From NCBI RefSeq assembly GCF_009914755.1, contig NC_060926.1: a stretch of 64,000 bases of DNA; one strand, given 5' to 3'. Below the pieces are notes generated by a model. The model saw nothing but the letters and a program-made list of their open reading frames with translations. It was not told the DNA's origin and made no database searches. The position numbers were made by a program, and so were the translations under genes. How positions within the stretch are numbered: position 1 is the stretch's first letter; each line of letters begins with the position of its first letter. Source of the stretch: the human T2T-CHM13v2.0 reference genome, Homo sapiens. This document shows, one piece after another, positions 51,101 to 64,000 of this stretch.

Positions 51101-54100
51101 TTTTCGTTAACTGCAGCTACCCTGAAGACATACTCTTCTCCTGCAGTTAAGCCAGATATAGTTGCTTCTAGAGTCTTAACTTGTGTGCAGGTGCTCCACT
51201 TTTCACTCCCTTTAGTCTGCATTTCAACCACATAACCAGTAATTTTGCTGCCACCATCACTTTCTGGTTTCTCCCACTTAATTGTAGCTGTATTACGGGT
51301 CACATCAACAAGAGTTACTCTTCCAGGTGGGAGGGGTGGTTCAGACACTTTAACGGGTTCTGTTGTTTCAGCTGGCAAACCAATCCCATATTCATTGGAA
51401 GCCAAGACTCGGAAGTAGTAAGAACATCCTTCTTGTAGATTTTCAATTCTGAAAGTAGTTTTAGTGCAATTATTTGTAATGGTAGCATAGGCTTTTCTTG
51501 TAGTTTCTCGTTTTTCGACAATGTAGTTTGTAATCTTAGCTCCACCATCAATAAGTGGTGGTTCCCAGGACAACGTCACTGAGTCTTTCTTCACTTCTCT
51601 TATGGTCAAATTCACAGGGGCACTTGGTGAGTCAAGAACTCTGACGTTAACAAAAGCTGTTTTGGAGCCACTATTATTTTCTAATGTCAGATTATACCGA
51701 CCACTGTCAAATCTGGTAACATTATCAATCACCAACATTGTAAATGAGCTGGTCACCTCTATCTGAGCCCTGTCAGTGAGAATGCCTTCTGCCTTTTCCC
51801 ATTTAACTTCGGGTTCTGGTCGACCTTTGATAGTGACAAATAAGCGTAAAGTAGCACTTGCACGCAGAACGACCACCTTTCTGAGATCAGCATCGAGTTC
51901 TATTTCTGGTGGCTCTATCCTCTCCTGAGCAACCACTGAGCCAGGTAGAGTTGCAGGTTCACCTACACCTTCAGAATTGATGGCACAAATACGGAAGTTA
52001 TATTCAGTGTTTTCTTTAAGCTTGGTCACTGTGAACTGCTTTCCTTGTAATCCTGTTGGTGGAGTGCAGGTTGTCCATTCATCCGCAGCAGCTTCTTTGA
52101 CCTCTACAACATAGCCTTTAACAGGTGCGCCACCATCATAAATTGGCTTACTCCATGCCAGGGAGACAGAAGATCTGGAAGTGTCCGTCACTTTTGGATT
52201 GCTTGGGGGACCTGGTGGATACAAGGCATCACACGCACGGTAGAAAACAGATGGCTCACTAGGTTCTCCCACACCAGCTGCATTTTCAGCAGCAACTCTG
52301 AATTCATAGGAATGGCCTTCGGTAAGACCAGTTACCCTGAGCCGCAGATCCGTTAATGTTTTCTTGTTGCACTTGGTCCATCTAACGCCTTCCTTATCTC
52401 GTTTTTCAAGAATGTAGCCCTCAATTTCGGTACCTCCGTCGTCTACTGGGCGTGCCCATGTTACTACCATAGAATCTTTGGTGATTGCTGAGACTTCAGG
52501 TGTTGAGGGAGGACCTGGTGGCTTATAAGGATTACAGGCCGTAACAGGCCCAGATTCCAAGGGCTCTCCAATTCCATATTTATTCACAGCCATGACACGG
52601 AAAATGTACTCATTACCAGGAAGAAGTTTAGTAACTTTGTAGTTAAGGGCCTGTACCTCAGTTGAAACCTGGGTCCAAGAGAGTCGGCTTGTCTCCCTCT
52701 TTTCAATGATGTAATGTGAAATATTAGCACCACCATCTTGCAAAGGTGGGTTCCATGCCAGGTAACATTTTTCCGCAGTAACTCCAGTAACTTTCAGAGG
52801 CCCTTCAGGAGGCCCTGGCCTGTCAAGTACCTTTACAGTGATGGGTATAGACTTTGTACCACCAACATTGCTGAGTTTCAGAATATATTGTCCTCCATCA
52901 GTCCGTATACAGTCTTTGACAACAAGAGTTGTTTTCTGAATAGTAGATTTAATTTCCATTCTAGCAGCTGTTTCTTCAAGTTCTTTTCCATCTTTTGACC
53001 AAACAACATCAGGTATAGGTTTGCCACGGATGTCGGCTTCAAGAACAAAAGTCTCTCCTGCATGAACAACGATGACATCTTTATATTTTGGATCCAGAGA
53101 GGCATTTGGTGCATCAATTTCATCTCTTGCAGTAATGGCACCACTACTATCAGATGGTTCACTAAAGTTTCCAGCTGCATTTCTTGCAATTACTCTAAAT
53201 TCATATCTTTGGTCTTCTACAAGTCCACTCACTGTAAATTCAGTTTCTAATACGTTGGTAAAGCTGGCTTTCATCCAGCGGCCATCAGGTAGATCTTTCT
53301 TTTCTACAATATAACCTGTTATTTTGCTACCACCATCATAGGCAGGTTTCTTCCATTTCAGTGTGACATTGTTTCTTGTAATAACAATGGCTTCAGGGCG
53401 ACCAGGTGGGTCACATGGATCACGAGCAACAAAGCATTCTGACACTTTGCTAGGCTTGCCAATGCCAACAATATTTTCAGCAGAAACTTTGAACTCATAC
53501 TCAAGGCCCTCATCAAGCCCAGTTGTTTTGAATTTGGTGTCCTGAATGGGGGTCTTATTTAACTTGACCCATAAAATACTGTTCTTTTCTTTCTGTTCAA
53601 GATGGTAGCCAATAATTTTGGTGCCTCCATCATTCACTGGCTCATGCCATTGCACAAGCATCTGATCTTTTGAGATTGATGTCACAAAAGGAGTTCCAGG
53701 TGGTCCAGGTTCTTTAAATGGATATTGTACAATAACTGCCTTAGAATCCAGTGGGGCACTTTTTCCATACCTGTTTTCAGCAAAAATTCTAAACTGGTAC
53801 TCCGTGCCTGTTTTCAGTTTGGTTATTTTAATTGTTGTTCTTGCAACTGTTGCTGATACCATGTGCCAAGTGGTGGTGGTTGTATCTCGCTTCTCTACAA
53901 TGTAGTTGCTTATTTGGCAGCCACCAGTATAGGCTGGAGGTTCCCAAGATATGACTACAAAGTCTGCACTAACTTCATCAAACCGAACTGGGCCAACTGG
54001 AGGTCCAGGCTTTTCTAAAACGATAACACTGAGATTTTCTGTTGCTGTGCCTGCACTATTTGTTGCCGTTACGGTGTATTTTCCAAAGTCATCTTTGTTA

Positions 54101-57100
54101 CCTTCTTTAATGTGCAAAACAGTTGAGGTAGCTGTTTCTTCAACGTTTACTCTTGTTGTCTGTTTAAGAGGCTCACCATCTTTGACCCAAGAAATGTTAG
54201 GTCTTGGTCGGCCTATAACTGGAATTTCTATTTTAAGATCTTCTCCAGCTTGGATACTATATGTGTTAAATGGTAACTTTAAACTAGGCTGTATAGTCAA
54301 GTCCTTGGCTATGACAGGAACACCCAACACTCTTGGATCGCTTTTTCCTTTCTCATTATAAGCCTTGACACGGAACTGATATTCTTGTCCAGAACTCAAA
54401 CCAGTAACAACTGCATTACAGACTTTGGATTCAGCCACAATGCTCCATTTTTCAGTTCCTTTGGGCTGCATTTCAACAACGTACCCCAGGACTCTGCTAC
54501 CGCCATCATGTTCAGGTTTCTCCCACATAAGTGATGCACTGGTCTGGGACACATCAGTGAGTGTAACCTTTCCTGGTGGGGAAGGAGGTTCAGCAGCTTT
54601 CACGGCATCAACAGTTTCCACTGGAACACCAACTCCAAATTCATTTTCAGCCATGACTCTGAAGTAATAAATGGCTCCTTCTGTAAGGTTTTCCACTTTA
54701 AAACTTGTTTTGCTGCATTTACTACTCACATTAGCATACGCTTTTCTGGTTGACTCACGTTTGTCAATCACATAGTTCTTGACCTTTGCCCCTCCATCAA
54801 TGATGGGTGGCTCCCATACCAGGAAGGCAGAATCTTTTCTCACTTCTTTGACTGCCAAATTCTGTGGTGGTCCTGGAGTGTCAAGAACTTTCACAGTTAC
54901 AAAAGCAGACTTTGATCCACTGCTGTTTTCCAACTTAAGAATGTATTTTCCAGCATCATTTCTATCACAGTTATCTATTGATAGTTGGGTATAGTTTACT
55001 CCCTTTTCAATTTGGACCTTATCTGTGAATTCACCTTCCTCTCGAGACCAAGTGATCTCAGGCGTTGGACGACCTTTGAATGGAATGTGAATTCTGGCAG
55101 ATCCACCAGCTCTTACAACAATTCCTTTTCTTAATTCGGAGTCAAGGTCAAGTTCAGGTGCTTCAAGTTTATCTTCTGGTTTCACAGTACCAGGAACTGA
55201 TGTAGCCTCACCTAAACCAACTTTGTTGAGGGCACAGACTCGTATTTTATACTCTTGGTGTTCAGTGAGTTTTGAAATTTCAAATCGAGTGACTCTCAGG
55301 CCAGTCTGTGGAGTAACTATTTGCCATTCTTCTTCATCTGCTTTACAGATTTCTACTACATATCCCAAGATCTCACTGCCGCCATCATAGATGGGTTTAC
55401 CCCAGGCAAGTGTGATTGAATTTTTAGTGGTGTCTACAATGTGTGCATTGGTAGGTGGGCCAGGTTTGAACACAGGATCACAGGCTTTATAATAAACTGT
55501 AGCTGGACTTGGTTCCCCAACTCCAGCAGCATTTTCTGCAGAGACCCTGAATTCATACTCATGATCTTCTGTTAATCCTGTCACTCTTAGACGCAAATCT
55601 GTAATGCGGCGTTTATTACATTTTATCCATCGAATGCCACTTCTGTCTCTTTTCTCTACAATGTAACCAATAATCTCACTTCCACCATCACTATCTGGAC
55701 GGTTCCAACAGACGGTCATGGAGTCTTTGGCAATATTTGTGACTTCCAAGCTTTTTGGTGGTCCAGGAAGCACAAATGGATTTTTCATTAGTACTGGTGC
55801 AGATTCCAAAGGCTCTCCAACACCATATTTGTTGACAGCCATTATACGGAAAACATATTCATTACCTTCTAAGAGTTTGGTAACTTTCAGAGAATTGGTC
55901 ACAACTTCTGAAGCAACAACAGTCCAGGCAAGTCGACTGGTTTCTCGCTTTTCAACAACATAGTGAGAAATGTCACTGCCACCATCTTGAAGTGGTGGAG
56001 ACCATGTTAAAGAGCATTTTTCAGAAGTGACTCCAGTAACCTGGACTGGCCCTTCTGGAGGTCCTGGTCTATCTAATACTTTTACATTTACTGGGAATGA
56101 CTTAGAACCTGCAACATTGGAAGCTCTTAAAATATACTGCCCACCATCAATTCTAATTGCATCTTTTACAATAAGTAAAGCCTTGAAATCTGTGTTCTTT
56201 ATTTCACATCTAGCAGATTCTTCAATTTCCTTATCTCCTCTTAACCACTCAATGGTAGGTAGGGGCTTTCCATGGACATCAGCCTCAAGTCTGAATGTTT
56301 CTCCAGCATTTACCACAATTGTGTCTCTGAATTTTGGATCCATTGAAATTCTTGGGAGTTCAACCTCATCCTTGGCAGTTATTGGTCCAGTACTGTCAGA
56401 GGGTTTACTTATTGCACCAGCTGCATTCTTTGCAATGACTCTGAATTCATATCTTTGATCTTCAGTAAGACCTGACACAGTAAATTGAGTTTCAATGACA
56501 TTTGTAAAGCTAGCTTTCATCCAACGACCATCAGGCAAATCACGTTTCTCTACAATGTAGCCTGTAATCATACTTCCACCATCATACACAGGTTTGGTCC
56601 ACTGTAAAGTGATTTCATTTCTTTTAACCATTATTGGTTCTGGGGTTCCTGGTGGGTCACAGGGATCTCTGGCTACATAGCATTCAGAATTCTTGCTTGC
56701 TTTGCCTACACCAACAATATTTTCAGCATACACTCTGAATTCATATTCAATGCCTTCTTCAAGATTCTGTGCTTTGAATTGGGTGTCATGAATAATAGTT
56801 TTGTTGACCTTTGTCCACAAAATACTGTTTCTTTCTTTTCTCTCCAGGTGGTAACCTATGACGGGGCTTCCACCATTGTTGACTGGTTCATGCCACTGTA
56901 TGACCATGGAGTCTTTGGAAATGGCTGTGGCAAATGGTGTACCTGGAGGGCCTGGTTCTTTGTAGGGATATTGAGCTACAATTGGATCAGACTCTAAGGC
57001 AAAGCTTTGTCCATATCTGTTTTCGGCAAATATTCTAAATTGGTATTCTGTACCAGTTTTCAGTTTGGTCACTTTGAGTGTAGTTCTAGCAACAGTAGCA

Positions 57101-60100
57101 GAAACAACATCCCATACTGTGGTGGTTGTATCTCTTTTCTGAACAATGTAGTTGGTGATTTGGCAGCCCCCTGTATATAATGGAGGGTTCCAAGATAATG
57201 TAATACTTTCAGCACTGACGTCATCAAATTTAACAGGTCCTTTTGGAGGATCAGGTTTATCTAGAGTTACAATTTCGATGGATGCTGTCTTCTGACCAAC
57301 AACATTGGCAACTGTGATTCCATATTGTCCACCATCATCCTTATGAGTTTCTTTAATACTGAGTGTGGTGAGATCCAGTGAATCGGTAACATTGATTCTT
57401 GTGGTCTGCTTCAGTGGGAGACCATCTTTAGTCCAGGTAATGGTTGGCTTAGGACGTCCAGAAATTGGCACTTCTATTTTCAAATCTTGGCCAACCTGTA
57501 CACTGTAACTACTGAATGCAGGTTTTACATCTGGCTCAATTACCAGATCTTTGGCAACTATTGGAACTGCAAGGGACCGAGGATCACTTCTCCCCTTTTC
57601 ATTTACAGCAACAACTCTAAAAAGATATTCTTCCCCTTGAGTTAGGTTGGTAATTACTGCCTGAAGAGACTTTACTCGAGCACACTCTGACCATTTCTCA
57701 CTGTGTTTAGCTTGCATTTCCACAATATACTGAATGATTTTACTGCCACCATCATGTTCAGGTTTTGTCCAACTCAGAGAGACACTGTTTCTGGTGACAT
57801 CATCCACAGTTATTTTTCCAGGAGGTTGTGGCACTTCTGCAACCTTAATTGGATCAGCAGTCTGGGCAGGAAGGCCAATACCATACTCATTCTCAGCTGT
57901 GACTCTAAAGTAATAACTGCAACCTTCTTGGAGCTGATCGATTTTCCAAGAATTCTTATGGCAGTTAGTTACAACAGCAGCATATGATTTTCTTGTGGCT
58001 TCACGTTTCTCAACAATGTAATTTTTTATTTTGGATCCCCCATCCAACAAAGGAGGTTCCCATGTAATTGATACTGAGTCTTTGGTGATTTCTGTGACTT
58101 TCAGGTTAACAGGTGGACTTGGCGTGTCCAGAACTCTCACAGTAACAAAGGCAGACTTTGTTCCACTGCTGTTTTCTAATGTAAGCGTATATTTTCCACT
58201 ATCATATCGGTTGACATTGTCAAGAACAAGAGAGGTGAAACTGCTAGTGACATCAATTATAGCTGCATCTCGGATTTCACCATCCACCTTTCCCCATTTA
58301 ACTTCTGGTGTAGGACGACCTTTTATAGGAACAAATAACCTTAAGGAGCCACCTGCCCTTATATTTATGATTTTCCTTAGTTCTAGGTCAAGATCAATGT
58401 CTGGTGCTTCTAATTTTTCTTCAACTATAATAGGTCCAGGGACGTCAGCATGTTCTCCAACTCCAGCTTTATTAATAGCACAGATACGGAAGTTGTATTC
58501 ATGCTTTTCCAACAGCTTCTCTACTTCTATGTTTGTTTTATTAATTCCTGTTGGTGGAGTGCACATTGTCCATTCACCAACACTCACATCACATTTTTCA
58601 ACAATGTATCCTTGAATTTCACAGCCACCATCATATATTGGTTTGCTCCAAGAAAGGAATACTGAAGATCTGGTTATGTCTATGACTTTGGGGTTGTTTG
58701 GGGGTCCTGGTTTATAAATAGGATCACAAGCCTTTTGGTAAGCAGAAGGAGGGCTTGGTTCACTAAGTCCAGCAGCATTCTCAGCAGAAACTCTGAACTC
58801 ATAATCGTGATTTTCTATGAGTCCAGTTACTCTCAGGCGCAACTCTCCAATCAGACGCTTATGGCATCTTGTCCATCTAATGCCTTCTTTATCCCGTTTC
58901 TCAAGAACATATCCAAGAATTTCACTACCACCATCAGATGCTGGTCTTTCCCATACAACAATCATTGAGTCCTTGGTCACTGTTGTGACTTCTGGAGCTT
59001 TTGGTGCATCTGGTACTACAAATGGATTCTTGGCAACTACTGGCTCAGATTCAAGAGGTTCACCAACACCATATTTGTTTACTGCCATTATACGGAAAGT
59101 ATATTCATTGCCTTCAAGAAGCTTAGTAACCTTGCAGCTGAGAGTCTGCACATTGGCATCAACCACAGTCCAAACTAAGCGGCTGGTTTCTCTCCTTTCC
59201 ACAATATAATTTATGATGTCACTCCCACCATCCTGAAGTGGGGGTTTCCAAGCTAGTGTGCATTTTTCTGCTGTAACTCCTGAGATAACAACAGGTCCTT
59301 CAGGTGGCCCTGGTCTGTCAAGAACCTTGACATTCACAGTAACTGATCTTTCTCCTGCAACATTTTTGGCCTTCAGTATGTAATTTCCACTGTCGACACG
59401 TACTGCATCTTTTACACTGAGACTGGTGGCAAAGTCGGTGCTCTTTATTTCTAATCGAGCTGTGTTTGAAAGCTCCTGATCACCTTTTATCCACTGAATG
59501 GTTGGTATTGGTTTGCCATAAATATCTGCATCAACCTTGAATGATTCACCAGCATGAACCACGATTGTGTCTTTGTATTTTGGATCCATACTTATTCGTG
59601 GTGGATCTACCTCATCTCTAGCTGTTATTGCTCCTGTGCTTTCTGAAGGCTCACTAAACACTCCTGCGGCATTTCGGGCTATAACCCGGAACTCATATCT
59701 GTGATCTTCAACTAGGCCAGTTACTTCAAAATGAGTGTCAATAATATTTGTAAAACTGGCTTTCATCCAACGGCCCTCAGGTAATTCTTTCTTCTCAACA
59801 ATATAACCAGTGATCTTGCTTCCACCGTCATAGGTGGGTTTCTTCCACTGAAGAGTCACAGAATTCCTTGTGACAATGATTGCCTCTGGCCGTCCTGGTG
59901 GATCACATGGGTCACGAGCCACATAACATTCTGATACTTTACTCGGCTTGCCAATGCCCACGATGTTCTCTGCAGAGACTCTAAATTCATATTCAACACC
60001 TTCTTCAAGGCCAGTTGTCTTAAACTTGGTTTGAGGAATAGGTGTTTTATTCAACTTAACCCAGAGGATGCTATTTCTTTCCTTGCGTTCTAGATGATAG

Positions 60101-63100
60101 CCAATGACTCTACTTCCTCCATCACTGATTGGCTCATTCCATTGTACTTCCATGCTGTCCCTGGAGGACAGTGTGACAACTGGAGTGCCAGGAGGACCAG
60201 GAACTTTGAATGGATATTGGGCTACAGTAGGCTCTGAATTGAGGTAGGTACTCTTCCCATATCTGTTTTCAGCTGCAATTCTAAACTGATATTCACATCC
60301 AGTCTTCAGTCTGCAAGCCTTTATTGTTGTCCTTGCAACTGTAGCTGATACAATTTGCCAGGTGGTTGTGGAAGTGTCCCGTTTCTCAACAATGTAATTA
60401 TTGATAGAACTTCCACCATCATACTTGGGTGGGCCCCAGGAAAGAGTAATACTATCAGCTGTCACTTCATCCATTTTAACTGGTCCAGTTGGAGGCCCTG
60501 GTTTGTCAAGAACGATAACATTAAGGGTTTCAATAGCTTCACCAGCTGAGTTAGTCAGTTTAACCACATAATGGCCAACATCTTCTCGGCAGGCGTCCTT
60601 TATTGTCAGTAGTGAATTATTTTCTGTGCTCTCTGCATTTACTCTAGTTGTCTGCTTCAGTGGTACATTATCTTTATGCCAGGTTACAGCTGGGGTAGGG
60701 CGGCCAATGAATGGAACATCAACTTTTAGGTCTTCACCTGCCAGTACAGTGAAAGTATTGAACAGGAGTTTGAAGGCTGGTGGAATGACAAGATCTTTGG
60801 CGATCACTGGCACACTCAGTTGTCTAGGATCACTGATGCCCTTTTCATTCTGAGCTGAAACACGGAAAGAGTATTCTTCACCCTGAATTAATCCAGTGAT
60901 AGTGGCTTCAGTGACCTTGACTGTGGCACACGTGGCCCATTTGTCACTGCCTTTGGTCTGCATCTCCACAATGTAGCCTAGAATTCGGCTGCCTCCATCA
61001 TGCTCTGGTTTCTCCCAAGAGAGTGACACACTATTTCTTGTGACATCCATCAAAGTTATTTTTCCTGGAGGAAGAGGTCGTTCTGATGCTTTCACAGATT
61101 CTGCGGTTTCAGCAGGCAGCCCAATGCCATATTCATTTTCTGCGAGAACCCTGAAATAGTAGCTACAGCCTTCTTGAAGCTGGTCTACCTTCCAGGAAGT
61201 CTTGTGGCAGTTTGTTGCAACAGTTGAATATGCTTTTCTTGTTGATTCCCGCTTTTCAACAATATAGTTCTTGATTTTTGAACCTCCATCAAGGAGAGGT
61301 GGGTCCCATGTGAGTGTGACAGATGTCTTAGTGACCTCTTTTACCTTCAGATCCTGTGGGGGGCCTGGTGTATCGAGAACTCTAACATTGACAAATGCAG
61401 ACTTGCTGCCTGAACTATTTTCTACAGTTAGTATATATTTGCCACTGTCAAATCTGTTTACATTTCCAACAATAAGCAGGGTGTAAGAGCTTGTGGATTC
61501 GATGCTAGCTTTATCTAAAGATTCTCCATGGTCCCGGGCCCACTTCACCTCAGGTGCAGGCCTTCCTTTGATGGGAACAAAAAGTCTCAGGGTGCAGCAG
61601 GCCCTTATAGTAACAACTTTGCGCAGGTCAGCATCCAGTTCAATTTCTGGAGGCAGCATTCTGTCTTCAGCCTTTGGAGTTCCAGGAACAAGGGCAGGTT
61701 CCCCAAGTCCTTCGGAATTCATGGCATAGATGCGGATCTTATATTCCTGATTCTCTGTGAGGCCAGTGATAGTATACGAAGTTGCCTTGAGTCCTGCTGG
61801 TGGAGTGACAATCTGCCATTCATCTTCCTCTGGCAGGGCAATCTCAACCATATACCCAGTGATTTCTGAACCACCATCATAGATAGGTTTATTCCAAGCG
61901 ATTGAAATGGATGATCTGCTTGTATCCAGAACACGTGGGTTACCTGGTGGTCCAGGTTTAAACACAGTGTCACAAGCCTTGTAAAATGGACTGGTAGGAC
62001 TTGGTGCACTAATTCCAGCAGCATTTTCAGCCATAATCCTGAACTCATATTCATGTCCTTCTGTCAGTCCAGACACTTTATATCTTAAATCAGTAAGAGT
62101 TTTTTTGTTGCATTTAATCCAGCGTTGGCCAGCTTTATCACGCCGTTCCACAATATAATTGATGATTTCACTTCCACCATCAGAATCAGGATGTCCCCAG
62201 CAGACAACCATCGAATCTTTAGTAATAGTTGTCACTTCAGGGTTTTTGGGCGGATCAGGGGGTCCATAAGGATTCACTGCAAGCACAGGCTCTGATTCCA
62301 GTGGCTCTCCCACTCCATATTTATTTACAGCCATGACACGGAATATGTATTCATTGCCTTTCAAGAGTTTAGTGACCTTTAGCTTTGTTACTTGGACTTC
62401 TGAGGCTACATTTGTCCATGCCAATCTGCTGGTTTCACGTTTCTGTACTATGTAATGATCAATTTTGGCACCTCCATCATCCAGTGGAGGGAACCATGAT
62501 AGTACACACTTTTCTGATGTCACTTCAGTTACAGCCAAAGGTCCTTCAGGTGGGCCTGGTCTGTCAAGAACTTTGACATTGAAAATGTGTTTAGCAAAGC
62601 CACCAGGATTAGTCGCTGTAAGGGTATAGGCACCACTATCCCTTCTTGTTGAATCTTTGTTTACCAGATTAGTAGAGAAATCTGCAATTTTTATTTCTAA
62701 CTTTGCTGTGCCTTCCAGCTCTTTTCCATCTTTGCTCCATTCCATTGTTGGAGGTGGGCGGCCTGAAACATCAGCTTCCAGTCTGAATGCTTCACCTGCT
62801 TTTAATATAACCGTGTCCTTAAATTTAACATCCACCTTTATCTTTGGTGCCTCAACATCATCCCTGCAAGTGATAGCATCAGATGGCTCAGATGGTGGAC
62901 TGATGGCACCTGCAGCATTTTTGGCGATCACACGGAATTCATATGCAGCATCTTCTGTTAGGCCACTGACTGTAAATTCATTCTCCAAAATGTTGCTGAA
63001 GTTGGCCTTCAGCCACCGTCCATTAGGAAGGTCTCTCTTTTCAACGATATAACTGGTAATTTTAAAGCCCCCAGTATATTCAGGCTTAGCCCATTTAAGT

Positions 63101-64000
63101 GTTACTGTGTGTCTTGTAATATTTAGAGGTACTGGTTTTCCAGGTGGGTCAATGGGATCCAGAGCCAACATAGGTTCTGATGGCTTGCTTGGCTTACTTT
63201 TGCCTGCCATGTTTTCTGCAATCACCCGGAACTCATAAGCAATACCATCTGTAAGTCCACTTGATTTGAAAATGTTGCCTGGTACTAAAGCTTTGCTCAC
63301 AGTCTGCCAGAGAATACCATTTCGTTCTTTTCTTTCAACATGATATCCTAAAATGGGGCTTCCACCATCAGAAAGTGGCTCATGCCAGCTAATTGTCATT
63401 GAATCCTTGGTAACTGCAGTTACCTGAGGGGTACCAGGAGGTCCAGGAACCTTAAATGGATAGTTGGCAACTATGCATGCTGATGTGATGCCTGGTCCAA
63501 CTCCATATCTATTCTGAGCTTTTACACGGAACTGATACTCTAATCCAGTAGTAAGGCGGGTGGCTTTATAGGTAGTACGTATAACGGTGGTTGCTAACTC
63601 AACCCAGGTAGTACTGTCAGTCTGCCGCATTTCCACTACATAGTTGCTTATTGGTACACCACCATCGTTCTCAGGTGGGTCCCAAGAGAAGGTTACAAAA
63701 TCAGATGAAACTTCATCAAATTTGATTGGTCCAGTAGGTGGCCCTGGGATATCATGGACTTGAATGGTGATGACATCACCAACCTCTCCTACAATGTTCC
63801 TTGCTGTTAATGGATAGGGCCCACTATCACTTCTGACACACTCATTGATATTTAAAATGGTTGAAGTCGCTGTGGTTTCAAAATTAACTCTCTGTGTCTG
63901 TTTAAGAATTTGGTCTCCTTTTTTCCATGTCACTGTGGGCTTCGGTCGACCGAGCACTGGAATTTCAACTTTGATGTTGTCACCAGCTTTGGCAATGACC
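48105..64000 (-). CDS. TTN: Titin giant A-band exon (327/326), partial; C-zone super-repeats, about A68-A121
   Basis: Uninterrupted ORF of more than 5280 codons with Ig-Fn2-Ig-Fn3-Ig-Fn3 super-repeats; donor CAG|gtatgt at 48105/48104; 5' end lies outside the window. Confidence 0.98.
60094..60243 (+). ncRNA. TTN-AS1: Antisense exon candidate (150 bp, TTN-AS1) inside the giant TTN exon
   Basis: ctatttctttccttgcgttctag| acceptor and GAG|gtaggt donor; agrees with my recollection of a TTN-AS1 exon (unverified). Confidence 0.6.

Overview
Human-type genomic DNA (Alu, L1PA, THE1) carrying the 3' end of titin (TTN) on the minus strand. I delimited 38 exons from their GT-AG boundaries. They run from the giant A-band exon (exon 327 in 364-exon numbering, 326 in 363-exon numbering; open at the right edge) through the C-zone and P-zone Ig/Fn3 exons and titin kinase to M-line exons Mex1-Mex6, with a ~1 kb 3' UTR ending near 14783. 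Left of TTN lie a CpG/ETS-rich plus-strand promoter with splice signals (consistent with lncRNA TTN-AS1), a repeat-rich spacer and an AT-rich segment ending in an AATAAA cluster (probably the long PLEKHA3 3' UTR). Gene names, exon numbers and domain numbers come from my recall of the locus; coordinates come from the sequence. This is a well-studied locus and I cannot claim a proven new system. Best leads: (1) a 52-bp inverted repeat between the convergent TTN and TTN-AS1 units that buries an AATAAA in its stem in both directions; (2) antisense splice sites written by titin codons that recur every 3246 bp; (3) three perfect Pumilio elements and a duplicated poly(A)-signal context in the TTN 3' UTR; (4) a UGCU/UG cluster upstream of alternative exon Mex5.
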